From NCBI GenBank assembly GCA_965644315.1, contig CBFFRQ010000092.1, forward strand, positions 62,001-126,000: a stretch of DNA of 64,000 bases. Direction: 5' to 3'. The DNA is from Caecitellus pseudoparvulus (lineage: Eukaryota; Protista; Bigyra: Bicosoecida). The notes beneath the pieces are model-generated. The model was not told where the DNA came from and did no database searches. It was given only the letters and a program-made list of their open reading frames with translations. The position numbers and the translations under genes are program-made. Positions 25,084-36,098 of the stretch are shown piece after piece (positions within the stretch are counted from its first letter, which is position 1; every line of letters begins with the position of its first letter).

Positions 25084-27540
25084 ATGGTGCGTGGGCGTTG
25101 GCATGGCGCCTCGCTTTCGCCAGCACTTGCGCCAGAGCATGTCGCCCACACACCACAGCACACAGCGCCCTGCTCCTCTTCTACACGGCAGGCAGCAGCA
25201 ACAGGCCAAGCCTTGGAGGGCATTGCAGATCCTACTGCAGTCATCGACGACATACAGGCTGAGGTGGTGGCGGCATGCTTGGGCAAGTTGAAGTGCTTGC
25301 CGGGCAGCGTCATGGCACACGGCCCTGCACTGCGAGGACTGGCAGCCATTGGGCGTGGCCAAGCGCCGGCTGCAGATGACGCCCCAACGGCCATGAGCCT
25401 GGTGGAGCTGGAGGCTGCACTGCGTGACGCGGGGAGTGCGCTGTTGGAGCAGGCTGGGCTGTTGGCGGGGCAGCATGAGCGAGGTGGTGTGTGTGCTGCG
25501 CTGCACTACCTGTCCTTCCGGTGCTTCTGCGCGGTGGATGTGCTGCATCAGGCAGCATCTGGTGTGGGTGTCGATGCAGTGCCGGAGGGTGAGGCACTGT
25601 GGGGCGCCATTGTGCGTGCTTGGGGCAGTGTGCGGGCCGGTGTGAATGTGGAGGGTGCGCTGGCTGACCTGACGCGATGGTGGCAAGGCTTTGAGGGGGC
25701 AGATGTGGATGTGGCTGGTGGGGGTGGCCCGCTCACACATGATGCTGGTGGCGAGGCAGCGGCGGATGCGGCTCTGACTGGCATGCGGCAGCAGGCTGAG
25801 TGGCTGCGAGGTGAAGCGGCAGGCGAGCTGAGAAGTGAGAGTGCTGCGAAGCACTTGGAGAGTGCTGCGCAAGCTGCGGAGGAGATGCGTGGGCTGTTGG
25901 AGTGTGCACCGGTGATGAGTGGTCGGAAGGTGAAGGCTGTGGGTGGGTTGGACTTGTCGGACGGCTTAGAGTGCCTGAATGGCAAAGATGTGAGTGTGTA
26001 CAGTGGACGGGTTGAGATCGTGGATGAAGATGTTGATGGAGCTGGGGATGTGGAGCAGTGGTCAGCAAGTGTGGACGCGGGTGCGACAGCGCTTGCTGCA
26101 AGTGTTGGCGCTGTGAAGCGTGTCGAAGCGACTCGCATCGCCCATGGACTGCCGCGCATGGCGCAGACTCCACACAGAGCAGCACTGGCTCACAGTACTT
26201 CAGCTGGCCGAGCAGATGAGCCGATTGGGGTGAGGAGCAGTGTCATGGTGCAGGTGCAGTGTGAGGCGGGGTGGCCGTTGAGTGCGTTCTTAGAGGATGA
26301 AGCGTGGGGCGATGTTGGGCAGGATGTGAAGCAGCGCGTGGCTGTGAGGGTGTTGGGTGTGTGTGCTGTGGCGGAGGCGTGTGGAGTGAGTCTGAGTGGT
26401 GTGGGTGTGGGGAGCTTTGTGGTGGTGGGCGTCGGGAGTGGCAGTGTGGGGGATTTGCTGGGGGCATTGGATGGGGGTGGGTGTGAGGTGGTGTTGAGTG
26501 CATGTGGCGGTGTGTGGGGTACAGGTGGATCTGGTGGCGGAAGTGGTGACGGTAGTGGTGTGTCGAGTGTGCTGCGTGAGATACTTGGTGTGGGAAGTGG
26601 TTCAATGGGTGGCGGATCTGGGGTTGTTTCAAGCTTCGTGGGCAGCGGTGAAGGTGGCGAGCATGCACTGTCGAGCGCGTTGGAGGTGTTTGGGCGGGGA
26701 GGGAGTGGTTGCTGCATGGGTGCATATGCGATGGCGTGTGGGGCAAGCGGGGGAGAGGCGGGGTGTCTGTCAGATGTGGAGAGTGCGGTGCGGGGTGTGC
26801 TTGATCGAGAGCAGAAAGCTGGAGAAGAAGGTCAGGCAACCAGCGCCGAAGCTGAGGTTTCATCAGCTGGACAATCGGAGCCAGCGACTGAGCAAGTTAG
26901 ATTCAGTGTAGAGAACACTGCTGAGCTTGTGGAAGCGTGTACGCAGGGCAAACTTGCGAGGGTGCGTGAGCTGCTTTCATTGACGGGGGATAAGGCGGTG
27001 GATGTTCACGCGGCGGGGATGGTTAAGGTGGCCCTATTTAGCAGAAGTGATGGACCCGAGGCTGCCTTCCGATGGGCCTGCGCCAATGGCCACACAGACA
27101 TCGTGCGTGAGCTGCTGGGCCTGACTGGTGCGCGGGCAGTGGATGTGCACGCGGCGGATGGGTATGGACCTGAGGCGGCCTTCCGATGGGCATGCTACAT
27201 GGGCCGCACAGACATCGTGCGTGAGCTGTTAGCCCTGACTGGAGCGCGGGCAGTGGATGTGCATGCTGCGGATGGGGATGGACCTGAGGCCGCCTTCCGA
27301 AAGGCATGTCGTTATGGCCACACAGACATCGTGCGTGAGCTGCTGGGCCTCACTGGGGCGCGGGAAGTGGATGTGCATGCGGCGGATGATGACGGACCTG
27401 AGGCCGCCTTCCGACGGGCATGCGCCAATGGCCGCACAGGCATCGTGCGTGAGCTGCTGGGCCTCACTGGTGATCGCAGGATCCCAGTCTCCGTGCGACA
27501 GGAAGCAGCCAAGTTTGAGAGCTTGAAAGAATTGATTTGA
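25084..27540 (+). CDS. Intronless 818-aa protein: degenerate kinase-like middle region plus C-terminal 38-aa ankyrin-like repeats
   Basis: Uninterrupted ORF with repeats EAAFRxACxxGHTDIVRELL. The start codon and the kinase-like call are uncertain. Confidence 0.7.
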   Translation: MVRGRWHGASLSPALAPEHVAHTPQHTAPCSSSTRQAAATGQALEGIADPTAVIDDIQAEVVAACLGKLKCLPGSVMAHGPALRGLAAIGRGQAPAADDAPTAMSLVELEAALRDAGSALLEQAGLLAGQHERGGVCAALHYLSFRCFCAVDVLHQAASGVGVDAVPEGEALWGAIVRAWGSVRAGVNVEGALADLTRWWQGFEGADVDVAGGGGPLTHDAGGEAAADAALTGMRQQAEWLRGEAAGELRSESAAKHLESAAQAAEEMRGLLECAPVMSGRKVKAVGGLDLSDGLECLNGKDVSVYSGRVEIVDEDVDGAGDVEQWSASVDAGATALAASVGAVKRVEATRIAHGLPRMAQTPHRAALAHSTSAGRADEPIGVRSSVMVQVQCEAGWPLSAFLEDEAWGDVGQDVKQRVAVRVLGVCAVAEACGVSLSGVGVGSFVVVGVGSGSVGDLLGALDGGGCEVVLSACGGVWGTGGSGGGSGDGSGVSSVLREILGVGSGSMGGGSGVVSSFVGSGEGGEHALSSALEVFGRGGSGCCMGAYAMACGASGGEAGCLSDVESAVRGVLDREQKAGEEGQATSAEAEVSSAGQSEPATEQVRFSVENTAELVEACTQGKLARVRELLSLTGDKAVDVHAAGMVKVALFSRSDGPEAAFRWACANGHTDIVRELLGLTGARAVDVHAADGYGPEAAFRWACYMGRTDIVRELLALTGARAVDVHAADGDGPEAAFRKACRYGHTDIVRELLGLTGAREVDVHAADDDGPEAAFRRACANGRTGIVRELLGLTGDRRIPVSVRQEAAKFESLKELI
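27052..27480 (+). repeat. Four tandem 114-nt ankyrin-coding units (last one partial)
   Basis: GGACC(C/T)GAG unit starts at 27052, 27166, 27280, 27394. Confidence 0.9.
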
Positions 27541-27717
27541 TTCCAGGCTTTCTGTACAGGCCAATGCAACATGTGGCAAAACCTGACACCTACCTCTGGC
27601 CAACACACCCGCCCCACTTCCAACAAGCACACAACTCACCTCACCTCACAACCACCCCTATATCCCTCGCTCACACATCCACAGTGTCCACCCATCTAAG
27701 CCGTACACCAAAGCCTC

Positions 27718-29328
27718 TCACTCCCTCGCACGCTTTCTGCCCTTTCCACCACCCCCTCGCAGCACCTTCAGCTTGTCCATGCGCTTCGCCACGTGGCGCT
27801 TCTTTGCCTGTGCCTTCCGACTCCGGCGTGATGCAGCTGCTGCCGGGTTCACCACCGCCTCCTGCGCCACCTGCCTCGTCCGCCGCTCCTTCGCCGCCGC
27901 CCTCGCTCGCCGCTCGCCGTTGTACGCCATCAGGAACACATCTGCGCCCATGGCACCCTGCACCGCCTCCATGACCTCCGACGCCAAGGCGCCTGCCTCT
28001 GCTGCAGCGGCCGCCTGCTGTGCTTGCTCGGACCAGGATGGCGCATCGGTCAAGACAGGGGTCACTGGCCACGTGCTCTGCCGCCTGCACAGTGCGGAAC
28101 ACTGCCCGTGCCACCGGCGCCACGTACCGCTGCAGGTTTGCCTGCGGCACCTGACCAGCCATGGACACGAACACGTTCAGCGCCGTGGTGGCCGCTGGCC
28201 CGCCCTGCTGCACTGCCGTGTTGCTGAGGCGCTGCAGCGGCCAGAACAGCGGGTCCCGCGCACTGCCGCCGTCGTCGTGGGCGGTGTGTGCAGAGGGCGG
28301 GCTGTCCCGCTGCACCACCTTGCCTCCCACCACCTCCACGCCACCCACGAGCAGGGTGCACTTGCCGGCCAAGAGAGCAGTGCGCTGGGCGAGGTGGGGC
28401 GGGATGATGTTGCGGGAGCTGGGCGGGGGCGTGGCGTGCAGCCCCACCGCCGTGAACAGCAGCACCGGCCCTAGAGCCGTGCCCTGCTCTCTGCTCAGCG
28501 TCTCGTCCGCCAGCTGCACACAGGCTGCCCGGGCCAAGGCGAACGAGCGCTCATCCCCAGCCATGCCGCCACGCCAGGTGGTGGAGGGCAGCTCCCCACG
28601 CTCGCCACTGCCACGGTGTTCAGGACGGCGCCCAGCCACCTGGCAGCTGCAGCCCGCACCCACGCGTGAGGGAACACCGTGATGTCGGTCAGGGCATCCA
28701 GAGATGTCCACAGTGCACTGTACACCGTGGTGGCAGCAGTAGTGGCGTCTGACTCTTGCGCCTTCCCTGCCTTGCGCCACCGCTTCGTGCCACTGGCAGG
28801 CGTACCACCACCACTTCTACCAACAGCGCCCACCGCTGCTTCGCTCAGCACACGGGGATGTGCCTCCTACAGGCGCTGCAGGAGGGTGCAGGCGTAGTAC
28901 GCCGTGTCCCACGGCAGGGCTGCGGCAGCCTTGCGGGCCTGCGCCTGAGCCGCACGCCGCGCAGCCACGGCAGGCGTCACGACACGCCCCCACCTGTCCA
29001 CATCCCCGTCACCGCTGGCATCACTGTCTTCGCCCTCCAGCTCCCCGCCGCCACCCGCCACTCCACTCGGCACGGTACGTGCAGTGTCAGGCGCACTGGT
29101 CTGCCCTGACCCACTCGCCGCACCCAGCAACGCCAGACTGCCCCCCACTAACGCTTCATCCTCCACGTCACTCCCATCACCATCACCATCATCCGCCGCT
29201 GCGGCATCCTCCTCCAAGTGCTGGGCGTGCCGCATGGCTGCCGAGGCAGCGCCACTCGCCTGCGCCTCCTGCACGCCCTCCGGTTCAGGCGCCAGGGCTG
29301 ACTCATCACCTCTTCCCTCATGAGTCAT
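27718..29328 (-). pseudogene. UTP20: 5'-truncated, disrupted copy of the UTP20 (SSU processome HEAT protein) C-terminus
   Basis: UTP20-like motifs WDTAYYACTLLQRL, FPHAWVRAAAARWLG, ALARAACVQL, LFWPLQRLS, ASEVMEAVQGAMGADVFLMAYN..EAVVNPAAAASRRSRK. In-frame TAG at 28867-28869 and frameshifts near 28557 and 28058; only ~530 codons of a normally >2000-aa protein. Confidence 0.75.
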
Positions 29329-29339
29329 GTAGCCATTGA

Positions 29340-29610
29340 TATTGGGTGGACGCCGTGAGGAAGACCTTGTCCACCTTGGGGATCCTCCCGAATTCACGCT
29401 GATCCTCTGTGCTTTGACCCAACGAGTTAGCTCTTCCCCTACAAAGCACTTGGAGTGGACCAGACGATGTCAATTCTTGAGGCCCTCGAAGGGTGGGCAA
29501 GAACTGGCCGAAGACCACGTCCCAGACATCATGGTGTCTGGATGGGAGGGGCCGAATGCCCTCTCCAGCCAGACAGCCCCGTGAATCGGAGCCGAAATCC
29601 TTTCAGATAC
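29340..29610. other. Hairpin-rich non-coding element (candidate structured RNA or mobile-element end)
   Basis: Several nested 7-12 bp inverted repeats in ~270 nt; I could not match it to a known RNA family. Confidence 0.4.
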
Positions 29611-29771
29611 CTGCCGCAATTCACACACCACACGCATACCACTGTTGCCCCTCCCTCGCGACAGCCAGCCCTCTGCTTGTGCTGCTATCCCGTGGTTTGC
29701 CCAACAGCACTAAGCTCCGCTTGTGTGCTCCAACCTTCAGCGCCTGCACACTCCACCACTGGGAAGGAGTC

Positions 29772-30888
29772 ATGGTGGTCATCCACATCAAGCGTTCTGA
29801 TACGGAGCAGTTCCTGTTCGAGACCACCTGCGCCACGTCAAACGATGAACTCATTCGGCACCTTGTGAGGCGCCTGGCGTTTCGGCCCACACACGTGCGA
29901 CTCTTTCGCACTCCTGCACCCCAACGACGCAGGTTCAAGTGTGGAATGCCCGCATTCGCATTGCAGCCCTGGCTGCTGCGTGTGAGGAGCTGAGCAAATA
30001 CGGGCCAGCCAAGCCTGAGGACTTGCGAGGCCTCGACGACGTACGCAGCCTTCCGTTGGAAACGCCATCAATTTCCGCGAGCAGCACACGGGCTTTCTTC
30101 ACGCCATACACCTCACAGGACACCCCTCTACTGGAAGGGCAGGGACAAGGAGCAACTGCGGGGGCAGCCGCAGCAACGGCAGCTGGCGTCGCTCTGGGAA
30201 CGACCGTGAAGGATCCTTCAGGTCAACGATGCGGAGCAGCACCTGACGCCAAGGCTGCCGAGACGCTGCAGGCTTGTGCACGAGACGCGTCGGCATACAT
30301 CAGCAAGGTGTGTGGCAGACTCCCCTCTCCGAGTTTGTTGCCTGTGTGCGTGGGCGGTGGCGCACCTCACCCGTTCCCACCCCGCAGCGCCAAGTGGAGA
30401 CCAAGCAAGCCTTGAGCGTGGCAGGCTGCAAAGAGGTGGTGGACAACTGCCGAGGCGCGGTCATGATCGCATACCCCATGGGCCTGCCGGAGTACGACCC
30501 CATCACCCTGCTCATGGACTTCGACACGGACCTGTCTGCCACCGCCATTGGGCAGGGCATGCTGGATGCCGACACTGCGACGCTGTGGTGGGCTGGCAAG
30601 GAGTTCCACCGCGACCAGACCGTGGGCGACCGCGTGGGGCGCAACGAGAAAACCAAGATCGTCGCCCGTCTGCAGAAGCAGGGAGGCGGCGCCCCAGCCC
30701 GAGAGCCAGGCATCTCCGAGGCGGAGCGCAAGGCCATGATGGCGCACTACTTCAAGAAGCAGGAGGAGGCCAAGGCGCTGGCGGAAGCGGACGAGGACGA
30801 CTACCTGAACAGCAGCTGGGCCAACCCGCGGGCGATGAAGGAGAGCTTGCACGGCATCGGGGGCGTGTCGTGGAAGGCGCGGCGGTGA
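29772..30888 (+). CDS. CFAP298: Cilia- and flagella-associated protein 298 (C21orf59/FBB18), 4 exons
   Basis: MVVIHIKRSDTEQFLFET, RGAVMIAYPMGLPEYDP, LWWAGKE, GRNEKTKIVARLQKQGGGAPAREP, DDYLNSSWANP. Introns 29865-29932, 30041-30118, 30308-30387. Confidence 0.93.
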
Positions 30889-30922
30889 TGGGCAATGCAT
30901 TGGGCGCTGGAGCTTCGCACAG

Positions 30923-32141
30923 CTACACACAGCTTTGCACGTCCAAGGCAGCTTCCAGGCCGAAGCCGACGAGGTAGGCGGCCGCTGCGGCGAGGGAGCC
31001 GTTGAGCATCATGAGGGCGCCGGAGCGCAGGGAGTTGCCCATGCGGGTGATGGCGGCCTTGACGTAGCCGAGGGCGAAGAGAGTCAGGGCGGTGACGGCA
31101 CACGCGATGCCGAATCGTGCGTCGTCGTCGTCCCGGTCGTCCCACCCAGCGGCGTAGAAGATGACGTACAGCCACATGGGCACCGAGCCGAAGGCGATGA
31201 AGGAGCAGAACGTCACGAAGCCGTCCCAGGCGGGGTTCTCGTCGTCGCTGGGCGGCATGAACTCCAACTCCACAGTGCACATGTGGTCCACAAACGCGTC
31301 CGCGTACTCTGGCTTGGACGTGTAGATGGCCATGACAGCTTCCGCGTCCTCACGAGAAAACCCCAGCTTGTCCACGTACAACTGCACCATCTCCTCAGTC
31401 TCCATCTCCGGCGCGTTGGTGTACTCCCACATCTCCTTCGCACGCTCCTTGCGCTGGTACTCCAGCTCTGCCGCAGAGGACAGGTAGTCACCGAGGCCCA
31501 TGCTCAACGCATCAGCCAGCAGGTTGGAGAAGCCCATCAAGATGATCACGCGCATGTCCAGCCGGGCACCTGCCACGGCGGCTACGATGGCGAAGGTGGT
31601 GATGATGCCGTCCAGCCCGCCAAACACGACAGACTTGATCACGTCCGAGCCAGCCCTGGTCAAAGCCGAGAAGCGCTGGGTGCACCCTTTCACCGGCCCG
31701 CTCACGTGCCTGCACTCACCCTCCATGCACCTCCACGTGGTTACGTTTCTGCTGTTCAAGGTGCACCATTTTCGTGAACGTCTTGTTCTTGTGGTGATCT
31801 GGGCGCGGTATGACAGCGTGTGGTGCTGGGGGGACGCGTGCGGAATATGAACTCTCGCACCACGCACATGCCGTGTGCGTGAGCCGCTTGAGTTCCTCGT
31901 CGCTGAGTTTCTCCAATTCCTCCTGGCTCATCACTGGAACGTCTTCGTCTGGGTTTGCGGGCACGACGGCGCCGTCCTCGTCCACAGCCTTGCCTTCGCT
32001 GTCCTCAGCTGATTCCTCCACAGCTTCGCCCACTTCCACGACAACCTGGTCAGAGGAAGACTCTGCCGGGACATCATCAGCCTGAGTCGGTGCGGGAGGT
32101 ATCTCTCCATCAGCTGGAGCAGGTGCTGCTGGCTCTGCCAT
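30923..32141 (-). CDS. VIT1: VIT1/CCC1-family vacuolar iron/manganese transporter with acidic N-terminal extension, 3 exons
   Basis: IKSVVFGGLDGIITTFAIV, GFSNLLADALSMGLGDYLSS, ERAKEMWE, FVDHMCTVEL. Introns 31799-31867, 31656-31719. Confidence 0.92.
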
Positions 32142-32549
32142 GACTGAGTGCAAAGCGAAGCAATGACGTGGGCGGCCGGCGTTTCACGTTCAGGCGTATC
32201 TTTCCTTTGGCTCGAATAGCCAGCGAAGCTAAGCCTGCAAATCAAGCAGCTCGCGAACGTGTCAACCCAACGAAATCTTTTATTTGAAACTTGTTCACTT
32301 CCGAATCGGCAACTCCCAACTGTAGTACAAGGCCGCTGACACGTTCCGTCTGTCGAAAAATGATAGGATTGCTACGGTCGATGTTGAGATTGTCGCCTGT
32401 GCACATCCAAATCCGACAAATGATACACTTCTTGCACAAAACAAGGGCTCCATGTCCACCCCCACACAGACGGCGAGTGGGCTGTAGCGTCCGTGGCAGC
32501 CTGTTTACACATCATCCACACATGAGACGGGTTGTGCCAGCTCCCGTGC

Positions 32550-33519
32550 ATGGCTGCCGAAGCTGAGGGCTCAGACTGCTCAGCCCAGGACGGGCAGGTT
32601 GGTGCGGGGGGCCACGATGCAGTCAACGCAGAGCTTTCAAGATTGGCTGCTCCTCACGTCGCGGAATTCTTGCCTGGCGTGAAGCTCCTACAGGTACGCA
32701 GCAGTCCTGCGACGTGTCTGAAACGGCAGGCGAAACTCCACACGCTTTCGCTGTCACAGGTACCAGAGCCAACGCACGTGGGCCAGGAAGTCTGGAGCAG
32801 CGGACAAGTATTTGCTGCATTTGCGGCTAGTTGCTTCGAGGCAGGGTACTGGAACGGCAAGCGCGTGCTGGAGGTCGGTGCGGGGCTGGGTGGCGTGTCC
32901 CTGGCGCTGGCTGGCTTGGGCGCAACGGTCTTGGCCACGGACGCTGCAGAACCGGCGAGTGTCCTTGAGGGCCTGCGAAGAAATGTTGAGAGTGAAGAGC
33001 GGGTGATGGTGGTGCGTGCTTGCTGTGCTGGCCGTTTGCCTTCTCAGGGTGCTGCTCGTGGCCTCAACTCAAACACTGCTGCGCGCCGCTTTCACACAGC
33101 GTCCACTGTCCTGGCTTCGAGAGGCCGCGCACGTCCCGGACACGAGCCCTTGCGAACCCTGCCCTGAAGTTGTGCTACAGGACATTGGAGGCTCCGTGCA
33201 CCACATCGTCATGTGCGACGTGCTGTACGACAGCCGCGACACGGCGGCGGTGCTTTGCACGGCGGCCACCCTGATGCGCGCCAGCGCAGGTGCAGGTCAG
33301 GAGCCATCCACCTTCCTGGCAGTGGAGGTGCGGTCTTCCAACAGGTGCCTGGCCACGCAGCTGGAAGCTGCTGGCCTGCAGGGCACCGTGCTGCCGCTGC
33401 CGCCTGACCCAGTGCTGGGCGAGCTGCCAAGCTCGTCAGCGCCGACGCTGGTGCAGCATGTGGGCCTGGTGCTCCTCCAGCTGCGCCCGGAACCAGGTGC
33501 TGCGGAGGGTGGATGTTAG
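32550..33519 (+). CDS. Seven-beta-strand protein-lysine methyltransferase (METTL21/METTL23-like), 3 exons
   Basis: GQEVWSSG, VLEVGAGLG, LATD, RVMV|RPLSW, CDVLY. Introns 32694-32759, 33012-33099. Confidence 0.85.
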
Positions 33520-33901
33520 AAGTTCTGGCTCTCGGCCTCTGTCAGGGCCCGGGGGAGGGGCTCGGGCACGGAACATGTGTGTGCTTCCTTGCCATGCGCT
33601 GAGGGAGCTCCGTGCGAGCAAATGCGCACGCCAGTGCACTGGTCACAACAAAATTCATGTCATGTACAGCCCACTTGCATGAAGCATGGTTGCTTTACAT
33701 GCGTTTCCACGCATCAGTCTGTCTCTGCGCCCGCTCGTGCTTCAGCACTCGCCGCAGCGCTTTTCCAGCGCGGCCGTCCAAAGAGCTGCTCCGGCTCCGC
33801 TCGCCTCAGCGCCCCGCTTACTCCGCCAACGCTGCTTCTCAGGCAGCGATCCCGCCCAGAGATAGTGTAGCGAATTACTTGAAGTTGAACAGCAGTACTT
33901 C

Positions 33902-35868
33902 ATGACTTGCTCCTGCTCGCATTGGTGTGTGCGGCCGTCCCGGCCAAAAGGGCTGGAAGCCACAGTTCTCCAGCCCAAGACTGGGGAAGAGTCCCTGCTG
34001 GACGAGCCGGAATTTAAACAAGTCAAGTTCAGCTGGTGGAAACTGTGGCTGTATATGGGCCCTGGGTGGCTCATGAGCATCGCCTTCCTCGACCCGGGCA
34101 ACATTGAAGGTGCGTCTCCTGACGTGTTTCGTCCGCCTGCGGAAATCGCTTCACCCGCATCCTGACCCAATTCGCAGGGGATCTCCAGCAAGGCATTGCA
34201 GGAGGGTACAAACTCAAGTGAGTACACAGCACTGCAGTTGTTCATGAGGGTTTCGGCTTCAGAACGCTTGTGCAACCCGTTTCCCTGGTGCACAGCTGGG
34301 TTCTGCTGTGGAGCACCGCGCTGGGATGGCTTCTGCAGATCCTGGCCGCCCGAGTGGGCGTCGTGACTGGCAAGCAGCTGGCGCGCATCTGCCGCGAGGA
34401 GTACCCTTGGTACCTGCGCTTCATCACCTGGCTGGCCATGGAGATCGCCATCATCGGCTCCGACGTCCAAGTGCTGCTGGGCTCGTCCATTGCCATATCG
34501 CTGCTGTCACACGGGGTCATCCCGCTGTGGGGTGGCGTGCTCATCACAGGCGTGGACTCCTTCTTCCTCATGCTGCTGGACCGCATTGGCGTGCGCAAGT
34601 TCGAGGCAGTTTTCGCCGGGCTGCTCTTCACCATGCTGGTGTGCTTCGCCACGGTGTGGGGCATTGCCGGCCCGCACATTGGGGAGATGGCGCTGGGACT
34701 GGCCATTCCACAGGTCCCGCCGCACACTGTGCAGCAGGCCGTGGGCACAGTGGGCGCAGTCATCATGCCCCACAACATATTCCTGCACAGTGCGCTGGTG
34801 CGCTCCCGCAAGGTGAACCGTGCCTCCAAGGCCGCCATTGACGAAGCCAACTACTTCAACGCAATCGAATCCGGCTTGGCGCTGCTGCTGTCCCTGTTCA
34901 TCAACCTCTTCGTCGTGGCGGTGTTCGCTCACAACTTCTACGACCCCACTGGCACTCGACTGTGCCCGACGACGGACAACCCGTCCTTCCTGTGCCGGAA
35001 CGTCGGGCTGCTGGAGGCAGGCAGCGTGCTGACAGCTGGACTCGGCGCCGTCGCTGGTCGGTACGTCTGGAGCATTGGCCTGCTGGCGTCGGGGCAGAGC
35101 AGCGTGCTGACGACGACGTACGCGGGGCAGTTTGTCATGAGCGGCTTCTGGAACATCAAGGTGCCCAAGTGGAAGCGCGCGCTGATCACACGCATGGTGG
35201 CGCTGGTGCCCGGCATTATCGTCGCCATCACGGCACAGAACGAGTTCGACGAGGCTGACGAGTTCCTGAACATCCTGCAGAGCATCGCCCTGCCCTTTGC
35301 CCTGCTGCCCTTGCTGCGTGTGACCATGTCCTGGCAGCTCATGGGCCCCTACGCGAATTCCCCCGCCATGAACGTGTTCGCGTGGACGGCCACTGTGGCC
35401 AGCGTGGCCATCAACGTGTACACCTTCGTGGAGGTAATTGAGGGGGACCCCTCCCAGCCGAAGTGGCTGTACGCCATCCTCGCCGTGGTCAGCCTGCTGT
35501 ACGCCACCCTGCTCTTCCTCCTCGTGCGTTGGGAGGTGGGTGACCACCGGGGCGAGTGGGACCCGCACGCCGTGGAGGACGCGGATGATGAGGATGCCAA
35601 GGATGGGGCGCTGGACGTGGACACGCCGCAGGCCAGTCTCCTGGGTGAGTCCACGGATGGCGCACGCACGGACAGCTTGGATGTGGAGCTCCTCACCCCC
35701 AACGCCCAGTCCCCAGCCCTGAACGCGCCGACGCCGGCGGCAACGCGGCTTTGGTGGGAGGACCCCAGTCTGTACCTTGTGCCATCTTCTGAGAACCCTG
35801 GTGCGGGTGGCAAGGGAGTGGCCCCTCGAGCCGCCATGTCCACTCTGTCGGACCCTGCGCTGCTGTAG
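33902..35868 (+). CDS. NRAMP: NRAMP/SLC11 divalent metal transporter, 3 exons
   Basis: [56 protein letters not shown]. Introns 34110-34177, 34218-34295. Confidence 0.95.
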
Positions 35869-36098
35869 GCTTGCAGGGCCGGCTGTGTCGCGCACCAGCA
35901 CTTTGCTGGATTCTTCGTGTGTGAGCCATCAGCGGTTGCAGCGGTGGCACGCGGTCAATTCACCCTCGCCGCGCCATGGGCCACGCTAAGCACTTCCAAA
36001 TGATCTCATTTGTGTTGCCTGGACCATTGCAGCTCCCCTGCGGGTTCTAGCAGTGTCTCTTGCCTTGACTGCGTGTGCGGTAATTGCTCCGCAACACA

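Noticed and set aside
27052-27480. Regularly spaced repeats as a CRISPR-like array
   Set aside because: These are contiguous in-frame 114-nt coding units without unique spacers, in a eukaryotic context with no cas genes.
29322-29375. Minus-strand resemblance to an HDV-like ribozyme (P1 GGUGGAC/GUCCACC, P3 GUC/GGC, loop UUCCUCAC, then AAUGGCUA)
   Set aside because: Only 3 nt are available for P2 with no partner strand, and the GG needed for P1.1 is absent, so a ribozyme cannot be called.
29340-29610. SRP, RNase P/MRP, spliceosomal snRNA or telomerase RNA identity for the hairpin element
   Set aside because: Hallmark motifs (SRP helix 8, P4 strands in the correct order, U1/U2/U5 cores, telomere template) were not found.
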